Shown: positions 23,320 through 36,700 of the stretch, piece by piece
Position numbering within the stretch: the stretch's first letter is position 1
Layout: each line of letters starts with the position of its first letter
From: Leucoraja erinacea
Taxonomy: Eukaryota
DNA length: 64,000 nucleotides
Direction of reading: 5' to 3'
Assembly: GCF_028641065.1 (NCBI RefSeq)
Contig: NC_073393.1
Span: 20,212,001-20,276,000, forward strand
The notes under the pieces: model-generated
Database searches by the model: none
Told to the model about the DNA's origin: nothing
The model's input: the letters and a program-made list of their open reading frames with translations, nothing else
Made by a program: the position numbers and the translations under genes

Positions 23320-23361
23320 CTCTCTCTCTTTCTCTCTCTCTCTCTCTGCTTCAGTATAAAT
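23320..23361 (+). promoter_or_regulatory. (CT)n tract and TATA box of chemokine-like gene C
   Basis: (ct)n 23320-23347 and TATAAAT 23355-23361, about 77 nt upstream of ATG 23438. Confidence 0.65.
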
Positions 23362-23437
23362 AGTGGACTGCTTCTATGTTTCTATTTACACCGCTTTCCG
23401 TGCATCTGCCCATCCCGGGTGTGGTTGGGAGCTAGAG

Positions 23438-25978
23438 ATGAAGGGTCACCTTGTCCTCGGACTCCTTCTCTTGGAACTGGCCCACACCCGGCTCGCTGGT
23501 TCTGCAGGTAAGGTCAGAGTTGTCGTCAGGCGAGAGCGATCACATTCTCACAGTTACATCGCGGCGTTTCAAATCTACATTCCGAAGGTCAGCTTGGCAT
23601 GGTGATCTCAGAGAGAGATTGTGGTCCGGGTTAACATCCAGTGATTCCGCCAGGGCGAGGTAAATCCCAGGATCCCCGTCTCTATGCAACGTTACCCGAA
23701 TTAACAACTTGAAAATGCCCGGGCTACCTACCCCTGATCAACGGTACTTCAGATAGGGAGTCCCTGGAATCGCCTGGGCAACTGCTCCTGACCAATGTGA
23801 TGTGCATCGTGTGCCGGGTAGGAATGACGCCGCAGACATCGTGGCTGGAAACATGTACGGAGGATCTCGTCAGAAACAGCGTTTTCTAGACCGGGAGCTT
23901 CGTATAGGGAACGTTCCCGAAAACAGTCCTCCCCTACCCCCATTAAGCAGAGAGGGTAGGATTAATTTCCCAGCCAAATCCGGCAGAGAGGCGGGTAGTG
24001 CGTCTCGCCCTGTTACAGGCGCTCGCCTCTGGAATAATGGAGGAGCTGATGGCTTGTGGGGATAATGGGTTGCAGCCGGGGTCCATCTACAGCAGTGGGT
24101 GTAGTTATGGCCCGTGCAGGTTGAATTAACCCTGCAATATGTCACTTGAGAGGGTGAGATAATTCTGGAATCACCGGCTCACTCTCTTAAAAACTATAAT
24201 TATCCAGTCATATGGTTGCGGCAAAAATAGACACAGAACAATTTTCCTTTATCCTTTTCAAAGATTTCACCATGCAGTCGACCATTGGTGCAGACCGAGT
24301 GTACGTACGGGACTGGCTCTCCACTGCTGGGGTATGAGGTCCAATGAGATTGAATTGAGATTGAGGGTTTAGATGGGGAGTGTCTGAAGTTTCTGGATGT
24401 AGGATGAAAGAGAATCGACGTTGAGAAAACGAAAGAGTCCCGAGAGGAAGTGGGGAGCCCTTTGGGGTAAGAGCATCGTGGGGTCTCAGAGAGGCAGATA
24501 CAAGTCGGCTGAGGGGGTAGGGAATTAATTTCCACATTAGGTCTCAGGGAATGCACAGCCACTTGACCACAGCAAGTCACGAAACAGGTGGCTGAGCCGA
24601 GATGATCCTTTAAATTAAAGTCATAAATTCGTGTGATAGAAGCATAATTAGACCATTCGGCCATCGTCTCCTCCGCCATTTAATCGTGGCTAATCTATCT
24701 CTCCCTCCGAACCCCATTTTCTGCCTTCTCCCTATAACCCCTGACACATACCCCGAGGTCGGTGGCCTGTGGTGCCACACTGCTTCGTTGTTCAACATTG
24801 AACCGGGGTGTTAAAGGGACATCCAAATGAACGTCAGGCTGCTTTTCTCCACTGCCCGAGATACTGGGAATATCCAGCCCTTTCCGCGGCCAGAATGTGG
24901 CGTATTGACGTAGAATGGAGGCACGCTGGCCAATAGAATTACGAACATGAATGGCCTGCTCTTATGTCAGTCAGAAAGCGGGGTTGTCTCCGGACAGCTG
25001 AACACCGGTGCAAGACTACAGAGAGTTTACCAATGGCATCTGGCAGTGGATGGAATGTTGATGCGTTTTTTATTTGCACACAGCGGTTCCAACCGTCCCT
25101 TTCCTGTCAGAGGAAAGATCCATTGATGGGCCGAAGGTGGAACTGAAATGCATCGCTCCCAGTGTACTGTAAGTTGACTGCAATTTGCCATTCTAATGTG
25201 CAAGCACTCGGACGCAAGCACTGCTCACCGCGGATGTACCTGCTGTCCTTCACACCCTAATATCAGCCAAGGGGGCATCAGACAACACATCCCATTAGTC
25301 AAAAATACCACACTGCAGGTGCCGGGAAAATAAAGAGCAAATGCTGCCAGCACTCAACAGGTTAGGCAGGGTCTCTGGGGAAAGACACACGTGGACACAC
25401 ATAGCTCAGGCCTATGCTCTTTCATAATGGTGATATTTGGGAAGCAGGGCACTCGTTCCGCCAGACGATCCGTTATATCCCAACTCCCATTCCTGTCACC
25501 ATGCTTGTACACCGATCCCTCCTGTTTTCCAGACCACTATGGCATTGAAGGAGAACAATAAACTGCCCAGGAAATGTTCACGTCACAGAGATAACATGAA
25601 TTGGGTCAATAGTGGGGTGTCAAAGAGTTGTTGACGACAGTTGAGGGCACCGCCGTTCAATATGATCATGGCTGATCATCCAACTCAGTATCCCGTACCT
25701 GCCTTCTCTCCATACCCCCTGAACCCCCTAGCCACAAGGGCCACATCTAACTCCCTCTTAAATATAGCCAATGAACTGTAAAAGAGTGTCAAAGAGTTGT
25801 TGACGACAGTTGAGGGGAGAATGTAGCCGCGTGTACCTGGACCGTCACCTCACACCAACCTCGTTATACTCTGCACAGGTTCAAAACGAAGGGCGGCGTG
25901 GAGATCTGCGTGGAACCTTCTGAGACATGGATGCAGAAAGCGCTAGATGCGCTGAAGAAACGCTTTCAGCAAGGCTAG
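23438..25978 (+). CDS. Atypical chemokine-fold secreted protein (gene C); exons 23438-23507, [optional 24278-24331], 25084-25168, 25879-25978; 84 aa or 102 aa
   Basis: Exon 1 is a signal peptide MKGHLVLGLLLLELAHTRLAGSA with donor CAG|GTAAGG (phase 1). Exon 25084-25168 ends ...KCIAPSVL|GTAAGT (phase 2, equivalent to CxxPAVI|F). The last exon FKTKGGVEICVEPSETWMQKALDALKKRFQQG* has the canonical C-X15-C and W at C4+7. TATA upstream, AATAAA 26259-26264. No adjacent CC/CXC pair is found. Confidence 0.75.
25648..25785 (-). mobile_element. Internal CR1 3' fragment flanked by a 31-bp direct duplication
   Basis: gtgtcaaagagttgttgacgacagttgaggg at 25617-25647 and 25786-25816. The insert matches the CR1 3' UTR (cf. 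13305-13436). Confidence 0.8.
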
Positions 25979-26354
25979 TACGAAGAAGCCGCCAGAGCCC
26001 TGGGACAGAGGCGACTCGTCAAATACAACATGTGTCCTGGGCAGTATCAGCCGACTATAATCGCCGTCTCTGCTTGCAATGATCATTCGCTTCAGGCCAT
26101 GTAACCGGCGGCCCTGGGCATATGTCCTTTCGGTAGTGTACTCTGTCCTTGCTCAGTCTACCTCCCTCTTGGTTCTGGCGATGCTCGGAGTACTTGCTTC
26201 CGCAGTCGAAGAAGAGAGCCAGATCTATACACCTAAACATCAGTATAATAATGTAGATAATAAATTCAGCCATGCACCTCTCTGTGGCTTGGTATTAAAC
26301 GAGTACGTTTCTCATTGCACTATCGCTAACACAGGGAATCCATGATCGTCGCCG

Positions 26355-27252
26355 TCACTAATCTTCTGGATTTTTTTGAGGATGCAACAAGTAGAATGGA
26401 TAAGAGAGAGCCCGTGTATATGGTGTAGCTGGACTCTAAAAGCTCTTGACAAGGTCCCACACAAGAGATTAGTGCGCAAAATTAGAGCACTTGGTATTGG
26501 GGATAGGGTATTGACATGGAGGGAGAATTGGTTGGCAGACAGGAAGCAAAGAGTAGGAATTAACGGATCATTTTCAGAGTAGTAGGCAGTGACTTTAGGG
26601 GTGCCGCATGGCTCGGTGCAGGAACCTCAGTTATTTACAATATCTATTAACAATTTAGATGAGGGAATTAAAGGGGACATCTCCAAGTTTGAGGATAACA
26701 CAAAGCTGGGTGGCTGTGTGAGGTGCGATGAGGATGCTATGACGCTGCAGTGTGACTTGCATAGCAGATGCAGTATAATGTGGATAAATGTAAGGTTATA
26801 CATTTTGGTGGCAAGAACAGGAAGGTAGATTATTATCTGAATGGTGTCAGATTAGGAAAAGGGCAGTTGCAACGAGACCTGGGTGCGCTTGTACATCTGT
26901 CACTGAAAGTAAGCAAGCAGGCACAGCAGGCAGTGAGGAAAGCTGATGGCATGTTGGCCTTCATTTCAAGAGAATTTGAGTTTAGGAGGTCCAACTGCAG
27001 TTATACAGGGCCCTGGTGAGACCGCACCTGGGGTATTACGTGCAATTTTGGTTTCCTAATGTGAGGAAGGATATTATTGCTATTGAGGGAGCGCAGCGTA
27101 GGTTCATCAGATTAATTCCCGATTGGCGGGACTGACATATGATGAAAAAATAGGTTGATTAGGCTTGTATTCACTGGAATTTAGAGTGATGAGAGGGGAT
27201 CTTATAGAAACATATAAAACTCTTAAAGAATTGGACAGGCTAGATGCAGGAA
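26355..27252 (+). mobile_element. CR1 LINE RT region, decayed
   Basis: ORF fragments KALDKVPHKRL, GVPHGSV..INNLDEG..KFEDNTKL and QYNVDKCKVIHFG. Confidence 0.88.
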
Positions 27253-27272
27253 AAAAAAAAATCCCACAGCAC

Positions 27273-27304
<32 letters not shown>

Positions 27305-27756
27305 CTACTGCCTCTCCCACAGCGCAGTAATTCCTTAGTAATGCCCTTTTAATAGTGTGTTGCTCCCTCAGTACTCCTCCCACAATGAAGCATGCAAATT
27401 GATAATAATGGGGGACAAGTGATGGATCTAGCAAAAGATGAAGCCGCATCGCTGAGAGCACAAAGCACATGGCATGAATCTGTGTACAAGACATTCACAT
27501 CTGCTCTGGCAGAAAACTGCAAGATATTATTTACAATTTATTTCCCCACCTCAATAAACTCCCGGAATTGAGATCACAAATTAGTTCAGTTACTTTGTAA
27601 TGAGATAATAATTCAGTCTGACTGCATCAAATCCAACAATTCACTGATTTGGTTGAGGTAAGAGAGCACAGATCTGACAGTTCTAATGGAAGGAACAGAA
27701 TCTCCCAGGTGTGGAGACAGGCAGCGGCAGTCCATCAAAGACTTTCTTCAAACACA

Positions 27757-30700
27757 TCAGGCATCGCTCAGAGTCTTGTTCGTCAGCAGGATCTGTTCAC
27801 CAGGCTTGAAGGCGGGCATCCCCATGTATGGACAACTGGCACAGCGGAACGCATCGCCCAGATAGCACTGCAAAGTCAAGCAGCAACTTTAGAGCTCTTC
27901 ACACTATTACACAGAGAAAATCAGGCCCAATAAAATAAGAGTAGCAAGGCCATGTTGAGAAAGGGCCAGCAATATAACAATACAGGGAATGCTCACCCAT
28001 TAGCAGAGGTAAGAGGTCCTTGCAAATAACAGGCAGTATCCAGTGCACAGAGATGATAAATAGAGAGCCAAGAACTGATCCATGGAGCTCTCCACCAGTT
28101 ATAATTTGGACAAGGTGGAGGGCCCTAACCCAACTGTTTATTTCATCCCCGTCTTCTACATGATAAATCACCCACCTTTCCCCCGTAGTGTCAGCTTGTA
28201 TTTTGTACACTGAATGGAATATCTGTTGAAAATTATCTATATTAACACCTCCCCCTCTATCAACGCAGTTTGTTTTATCCTACAAGAACAATTTCCCTTA
28301 AAAACTCCAATATGATTTTTATTCCTTCTCTCCTAGTTCCTGCCACATCTATTTACAGGATATTACATGAAAGCCCCCAGTGTTATAAGGTTTAATGGGA
28401 CTCATGCAGAGCAAGACTAGGTCTCTGCATGCATCATTGATTCTTGTTTCTTACTGCCTTGTTGGGAAGTATTGGACACCAGATCAAGCTCCGATATTCA
28501 TTTGGGCAATCACACTTTGAGGAAACTTACACTTCCACAAGACGATTTGACCTGCACGGACTTCACATCTTTGGGTCCTTTCACCACCAACTCTTCTGCG
28601 AGACCACATGTGCTGAAAAAGAAAGACCAAGTCATACATAAATACAAGCACCTTGCTTTAACTAATCACAACAGCAGTGAGACCGTGAGAGTTGATGGGT
28701 GGACCTGGAGGGAGGAGAGCGCCAAGAGTGATGGGGGGGGGGGGGGGGGGGGGGGGGGGTGCCAAAAACGAAGGAAACCAGCAAAGTGGAGGAAGAGGCC
28801 TGCTACCACGTGCAATGGCAGGCACTAGTCAAAACTGTTCGGTGTACTGCCTAGGTGAGGTTTGCTGTATGAATTTACCGAGTTGTATGAAAAACAAAAC
28901 ATTTCACTGTACCTCGGTATATATGACAATAAAGTATAATTGTGTAGTGCATGGTTCTCAAAAGGATGCACGGTCCAGTGTTTTGAGAGGCACCTTTTAT
29001 TATGTTCCTCCCGGTTGTAGGGAAGACCAAACAAGAGAAAGATGGCACCCAAACCCCTGCCTTTAAACCCTCTAGCTAAGAGCCGCCTCCGGACTGAACC
29101 ACTCCCGTGCCAAGGGGTTCAACAGTATGATGGCATGACCCTTGGGAGCCGCCACAATTGACTCATTAAATCATTGGAGAGGTCAACTGGGAGCGCCCCT
29201 CGTGGAGGGCAAAAGCAATGACAGCGCCCCTTGGGAGGGTTTTGGAGGTGGTGGGAAGGGCATGTTGATTTGGGGAGGTGGACACCTGAAATTGGAGCGT
29301 CAAAGCAAAAGGTGTTGTTTGCAGAGTGGGTACAGAAGGAGGAAGATCTGAGTAGCTGGCATCACAGACACAAGGTGACTTGAAGTAGATGATTCACGTG
29401 ATCACCACAGTACTGAAGGGCCTGAGTGCGAGCAGGACACTGACCAGTTTTTACAGGCACGCTTTTTCTTTTTGCTGTCTCCACAATTCATGATCCGGAG
29501 CGAGGCTGGGTCAGGTTTCTTTAAATCATTTTCGTCCAGCAACTCGTCAGAATCTATGAAATCCTGCGAAAGAACAGGAAGGGAAAATCTGTTACTGAAT
29601 GGACTGAATTCCTTCCCATTGTTTTCTTGGATGTGCACCCGACACCTCCAACCCAACAGATTCCATCATGCAGATATTACAGCTCAGAGCAGCATCTCTC
29701 TCTACGTATTCATCTCTTTAATAATAAAAGGTGTGAGAAAGATGTGCCAGTGCGGAGTAGAGCAATGGAAGAGCACAGCTTTCACTGGTAGCTTTCGATG
29801 TTCCCTCTCCATGATGTTCCCTTGGAGAACTGCAAGCTAAAGGGTTTTCATCATTCTCAGTGCGTGGGAACCTCGGCCTTGAGCAGCATTTGATCAGCAG
29901 CAAAATATCACAACAATCCAGTTTTAATTGTCATATGTAGATTAACACGATGTCAACGTTACAATGAAATGTGTTTGACAAGACAACGGGTCACCTCAAC
30001 AATAATATAACAAGGATAAGATAAAAATGACATTTGTAAGATAAAAAGACAATAATAAAATAATCAACATATATGATGTGAAATGGCCTGATGGTAAAAA
30101 CTGTTCTTAAGTCTGGTGGTACGTGCAACCATGCTCCTATGTCGTCTGCCTGACGGTAACAAGAATAGTCTGTGTGCTGGGTGGCTGTGGTCCTTGATGA
30201 TACTGTGTGCCTTCCGCAAGCACCGCTGGTGGAAAATGTCCTGAATGGCTGGGAGACAGTTGCCAGTGATGTGCTGTGCCGCCTTCACCACTCTCTGTAG
30301 TGATTTGCGACTATGGGCAGAACAGTTCCCGTACCAGACTGTGATGCAGCCCGTCAGCAGACTCTCGATGGTGCAACTGTAGAACTTTGTGAGGATGCTG
30401 CCGTTCGTGTCAAACTTCCTCAGTCTTCTCAGGAAAAAGAGCCGCTGGCGGACTTTCTTAGTTATTGTGTCCATGTGCAGTGTCCAGGAGAGGTCCTCAG
30501 TGATGTGCACGCAGAGGAACTTGAAGCTGCTGACCCTTTCAATCTCAGCATCACCGATATGGATGGGGAGGTGTCCACTCCCCTGCTGTCTTCTGTAGTC
30601 CACGATCATCTCTTTAGTTTTGCGAACATTGAGAGGTTATTTGCCTGGCACCAGCTGTTTAGTGCCCCTACCTTCTCCCTATAGGCCGTCTCATTGTTGT

Positions 30701-33700
30701 CTGTGATGAGGCCCAGGAAGGTTGTGTCTTCAGCAAACTTTAGGATGATGTTTGAGCTGTGCTTAGCAGTACAGTCGTGCGTGAACAGGGAGTACAGGAG
30801 AGGACTGAGCACACAGCCCTGTGGTGTGCCTTTGTTGAAGATCAGTGAGGAACAGGTGTGGCTGCCAATTCTCATCACCTGTGGCCTGCCAGTCAGGAAG
30901 TCGAATATCCAGCTGCAGATGGAGGTCTCCAGTCCAAGATCAAGGAGCTTGGGGACGAGTTTTGAGGGAATGATAGTGTTGAATGCCAAGCTGTAGTCAA
31001 TGAAGAGCATTCTCACATATGTATTCCCTTTGTCCAGGTGAGTGAGCACAGTGTGAGTTGCCATGGCAATGGCATCGTCCATGGCCCTGTTTGGTATATA
31101 CGCAAACTGAAGAGGGTCCAAGGTGTCAGCAGGGAGAGAGCAGCAGATGTGAGTTTTGACTAGCCGCTCGAAGCACTTCATGATGACTGATGACAGTGCG
31201 ACAGAACAGTAGTCATTTAGACAGGTTTCTTTGGAACAGGAATGATGGTGGATGTTTTGAAGGGGGTGGGAACCACAGACTGACTCAGGGTGAGGTTGAA
31301 GACAGTGGTGAATCTGGCAGTTGACCAGCGCCGCCCTGAGAGCGCGCCCTGGAATACCATCCGGCCCTGGAGCTTTGCGGTAGTTGACCTTTTTGAAGGT
31401 CTGCCTCACGTCTGCCGTTTGTAGGGTCAGTGAGGTAGTCCCCCTGCACACCTGTGGGCTCACGGTGGGCGCTGTGTTGTCTGTATCCAACCGGGCGTAA
31501 AAGGTGTTAAGCTCGTCCGGGAGCGATGCGGTCGGCTGAACAGTGCTCCTATTTTTCCCTTTGTAGTCTGTGATGCAGCATAATCCACTCCACCTTTGTC
31601 TGGGGTCAGAACTGTAGTAGTTAGATTCCACTTTGTTTCTGTAGTCTCTCTTGGCTTTCGTGATGGACTTCCGGAGGTCATATCTGACTGCTTTGTAGGC
31701 GTCGGGGTCCCCTGAGTTGAAGGCAGTGATCCGTGCTTTGAGTTTAGCGTGAATTTCCCGTCCGACCCAGGGTTTCCGATTTGGGTAAGTGCGGATGGTG
31801 GCTTCTGGAGCAAATCATCGATGCACCTACTTATGTAGCCTAAGACAGAGGCTTGAAATAAATTCAGAAAATGTCTGGAACAAACATTTGATGAGGCAGC
31901 TTCCAACAGAAGCAAGAAAAGAAATTGCAGGAGCCCAAGCTGAGATATACAAATCATCATAAGACATGGGTCTAATGCTGGCTAATGTTGTGCCTCTATT
32001 TAAGAAGGGCTGCAAAGATATGCCTGTGAACTAAAGACCACTAAGTCAAACATCTATAGTAGGTATATGGAATGAACTTCCAGAGGAGGTAGTTGAGGCA
32101 GGTACTATCACAACATTTAAAAAACATTTAGGCAGCTACATGAATAGGAGAGTTTTAGAAGGACATGGGCCAAACGCAGGCAGGTGGGACTAGTGCAGAT
32201 GGTGCATGTTGGTCAGTGTGGGCAAGTTGGGCCGAACAGCCTGTTTCCACGCTGTATGACTGAGAGATCCCACCACAAACAGGGGAAGGTAATGGTGACA
32301 AGAGGAATCCCACCACTAACACAGAAAGGTTGCAGGTACAGAGGGATCGCACCACATTAGACAGGGTAAGGTAATGAGGAATTAAGGATCTTACCGCACC
32401 AACTATGGAAAGGTAGTGGGGACTGAGGGATCTCAACACAAACAGAGTAAGGTAGTGTGGAGGGAGGGATATCGCCACATTGAACAGGCAAAGGTAGTGA
32501 GGATTGAGGGATCTCACCACATCGTCGTCATTCATATCGGTAGCTGACAAGGTCCAAGCCTTTGCTGCATTGGGGTCCAACTGTGGCTTCTCTGGAATAG
32601 TAAATTCCATCAATTAGTCCAACTGCCTGCACCCGCTCCTTAACAGCCTCCTATCTTCCACCCACCCCCCGTCACCTGATAGTATTGCAGCCGGCCACAT
32701 TACCTTGTACATTACACTACATTAAATGGAAAGACGATCACTTTCCTGCTGCTCACCGGTGAATACACCCATTCCATCATCTTCAAACCTTGGGAGCTGC
32801 CTGTGAAGTGATCTCTATTAACAATTTTACATATAACTGGATTGTAGCATCTTTTATCGCTACCAAAAACGAATTTGTTTGACTGGTGGATTTACTATCT
32901 TGGTTACATACCAGAAACTCCATTGTGGTTAGCTTATAGCATAAAAACATGACAAGGAAAACCCATGAAGAACAGTGGAAACAGGGACATTGTATAGACC
33001 GGGAGCTGCATTCTGGGGGCAAATCTGTGCTTTACCTGCCCTGGGACATTTAAGTGTGGTGGAGACTTCATTTTACATCATTCTAATATTGTGGATTAAA
33101 AAGAGATTCTCATCATGCTTATAGTTGCAAAGTGAATTTCCCCTTTGACTGCTTACCAACACTTACCTGGTGCCTGGTTGTTTTTTTTAACAAACGACAG
33201 TTTGAGTTGAGACGAGGATCCGACTTCAAAGTCTGGTTTCTTCGCCTTTATTCCGTGCTTCACCAAGTTGCCACTTGGGGAGCCGATGCCATGGTCTATG
33301 GAACTTAGTTGATCAGCAGTTAAAAGTTCTTTTCCCATCTGTGACAAAGAGTCAGTGGTACAATCACTGCTGATGTGTGTGCAAAGTGGAGCTGGAACAA
33401 ACCACAGCAATGCAGGAACAATGAAGCACAGGGACCCCAATGCCACTGCCATTGGTTTGTTGACTACGTACATTTATGGAACAGAGCAACTGAGCGGCAA
33501 GTTTCTTGCGCAAGCACGAGTGGCAAACACCTGCCTCGGGTTACAGCGAAAGAAATGCAGCTGGGCTAAGGCTCCAGTGTCGGGGGAAATAAAGTCGGCA
33601 AGTGCGAATCTTTAAGGTTAGAGGAGACATTTTAAACATTTGAAAAAGAGGATAACAAAAGGAAAGGGCCTGTTACACTATCAGAAATGTAACCTGAGCA

Positions 33701-36700
33701 AAGGCATGGATCTAGTCCAATGAACTCTTCACAGTTGTCTTTATAAAAGGACAGGGAACACAGGCACTGACATCAAAGAGTGATGTGCGATGCATTGAAT
33801 GTGATTATACGTAACGCCTCCTCTCCAGCCCTTCAGGCATCCCAATCACTCCTACTCTCTGAGAATCTCTGGAATTCTCTGCCACAGAATGTAGTTGAGG
33901 CCAGTTCATTGGCTATATTTAAGAGGGAGCTAGATGTGGCCCTTGTGGCTAAAGGGATCAGGGGGTATGGAGAGAAAGCAGGTACAGGATACCGAGTTGG
34001 ATGATCAGCCATGATCATATTGAATGGCAGTCTAGGCTCGAAGGGCTGAATGGCCTACTCCTGCACTTATTTTCTATGTTTCTACAGTCGGCACCCTCCT
34101 CTCACCCTCTCTCCAACCCATCAGGCCACCCTGATGTCCTCCTCATGCCCTTTCCACAGGAACTCTCCAAGCTGCTCCTTCATTTTTCTCATCTGTAACC
34201 TAAAAATCCCCACCCGAGCAACTTCACCCCCACCTCTCACCTCCTACATGGCTCATTCTCTCCTTCAACACTCCAACCTCCATACATGTACTCCCCCCTC
34301 TAGCACAGTAAAAGATCCTCTCCGGAATAATACTACGCCTGCTTAGCTGTAGTAGACCACCCTTACCCCTTCGGCGTGTCCCCATCTCTCAGCATGTCCA
34401 ATTTCCCAGACCGCTCTCTTTACAAAACAACACCCCATCCCCCAATGACATTCCCGGCTCGTCCCGGACCAAGAGGGCAGTTTTCTCATTTTCTGGATAG
34501 TGCGACTCTCTGGTCTGAACCATACCTCACAGATCTCCGTAAAGCCAGCCAGTTTAAGCAGAGAGCCGAGCTGGGATGCAGTCTTCAATCTCCCATTATC
34601 ACCTAATTCAGAGAAAAGACGGTGGTAAAGAGCAGCAACCTTCACATTAATTACTGATATTATGCTTTTAAGGCCTAGTGAATGCTGGATTAACCCTCGA
34701 CTACTGCATGCTGAGGCTTGAAGGAAGATGCTTGATGAGAGGATGATCAAATACCTGTGAAAGCAGGATGCATCAAAGCAGCAGGAAGCATGCTGGAAAT
34801 GTGCTGGACATGCAGGCATCAGCAAACATTTCTGTTCACTGCTCTGGGTGGTCTCCTGCCCCAGCACTACAGAGCAACACCACTTGCTACTGCTGTGACT
34901 TCAAAGGTGAGACAGACCAGAGACAAAGATACATCAGAACATAGAGGCCTTTGAGTGGGCAGACATCGTTGGGGATTGGATAATGAGACTATACTCCAAC
35001 AGCTTTTCCACTGCCCATTAATTTCAAAATGAATAAATGAAGAAGCAGGACCACAGCTGGAACACTGTGAACGTTAAACCTCGGGATAATCTGGCATAGC
35101 AGCCATTACATTAGAGCCTGAAGATTTGAACAGAAAAAAATTGCATTTCATTCATCTTGTGTGTTGACTTAAGCCTGATGAATGAGTAGGAATTCATTAG
35201 AACTAGTGGCAGACATCTGGAAGAGCAGTCACAAGGCAGTCTGTGGTCCAATGTTCAAGAACGCTAATGTCAACAAGAATCTGTTTTTATTGGGTAATAC
35301 TACCATTATATTTACTATATTATTGATATCTGAATGATAAATTTCAATTTGGGTTTGGCCGAAACAATTTAATTAATTTATAAAAACGTTTCCCGAGGGT
35401 GGATCTAAGACAAGTATTGCTTCCCAATTACTAGCGATGTTACAAAACCTACATTCAGCGGCGCTGCAGATCTGCCACGGGCTGTGTGTGCGACTCCAGC
35501 GCCTTTGGAGGAGGGGGAGGTGGGATGAAAATGCAGATTTGTATCGCTTGTCGGAGAGGGATTTCCTCGGGCTGCTAGTCGATGAAGAAAAATCGATCGA
35601 ACTTCCTTTCCCGTTTAAAAAAATGTTTTATTAATATAAATCGCTGGACAATTTAATAGTTGGATTAAAGTAAAAGGCGATTTCGAAGGCCCTCAACGCC
35701 TTCAGCGTGACGGATCGTAATATCAGGACAAAACAAAGGGCAAGTCGTTTATTTCACATATAATCTTGTTTCTTGGGGCGGCTTTAGTCTAATTTTACGA
35801 TGCGAAAATGTTATTTAGTCCCCAAACGATTCGGCCGTGTCTTGCCTGCCGATATGGGGTTAAAATTCACTGCAATTTTAACCCCAGAAACACCCACTCG
35901 CAAGATGATTACATTTCTCTTTTTTTTGGACAATCATGTCATAAGAGCATCTAAATAGTCTATATTTTGTGTAATTGTCTAACCATAATCAATATTTTTA
36001 TACTAAATAGCCACAACAGTTTTAGTCAGATGTATTGTGCAAAAAATAATAATTTTGATTATATTGAGAGTGGATGTTTCTAGATTAATTATGGGAATTA
36101 AACATTAAATTCCTTCCATTTGCATATGTTCATGACAGTAAAATTTCCCTGCTGTTTGACTCGACTCTTGATATCTCATTTTTGAAAGCTTCTCACTGGC
36201 CAGAAATCCCCTTACCTGACACTCTGAATCGACCACTGCAAGCTCCCACCACATGCTTCCAAAGTCAGTCTTTTCCCAATTTAAGACCTTAACATATGGA
36301 CCAGTCCTATACTTCTCCCTAACTACTTCAAAACTAATAGAATTATGGTCACTTACACCAGTCACTTGCCACCTCATTCCCTATTAGGTGGTCCAGTGTT
36401 TCAACCTCCCGAGTCAGAATCCCTTATATTGAATAATTAAGTTTCCTTGGACAAATTTAACAAACTCTCTCACTCGCACCCCATCCCGTACAAGTTCTAC
36501 ACATTATAGAGGACCCAGTCAATTTCAGGGAAGTTGAAATCTCACATTAATAATACCCTGTTATATTTACAGCCATCTGCAACCTCCCTAGACATCTGTT
36601 CCTCTAATTCACCCTGTCAATTGGGAGGTCGATAATGCAGTCCCATCAAAATGATGCTCCCTTCCTGTTTTTAAATGCCACCCATATGACCTCACTAAAC

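Noticed and set aside
23554-23587. Mini-exon that would put the AAG acceptor at 24264 in frame
   Set aside because: It needs a 46-nt intron, shorter than the usual vertebrate minimum.
25235-25330. A CTCC-containing frame (GCTCCPSHPNISQGGIRQHIPLVK) as the missing CC exon of gene C
   Set aside because: It lies downstream of the C3-containing exon and has no good acceptor and no third Cys; probably chance.
29445-29490. CIAPIN1 first Fe-S motif is CX9CX2CXC rather than the human CX8
   Set aside because: One extra residue in a spacer known to vary among Dre2/anamorsin homologs; all Cys are retained.
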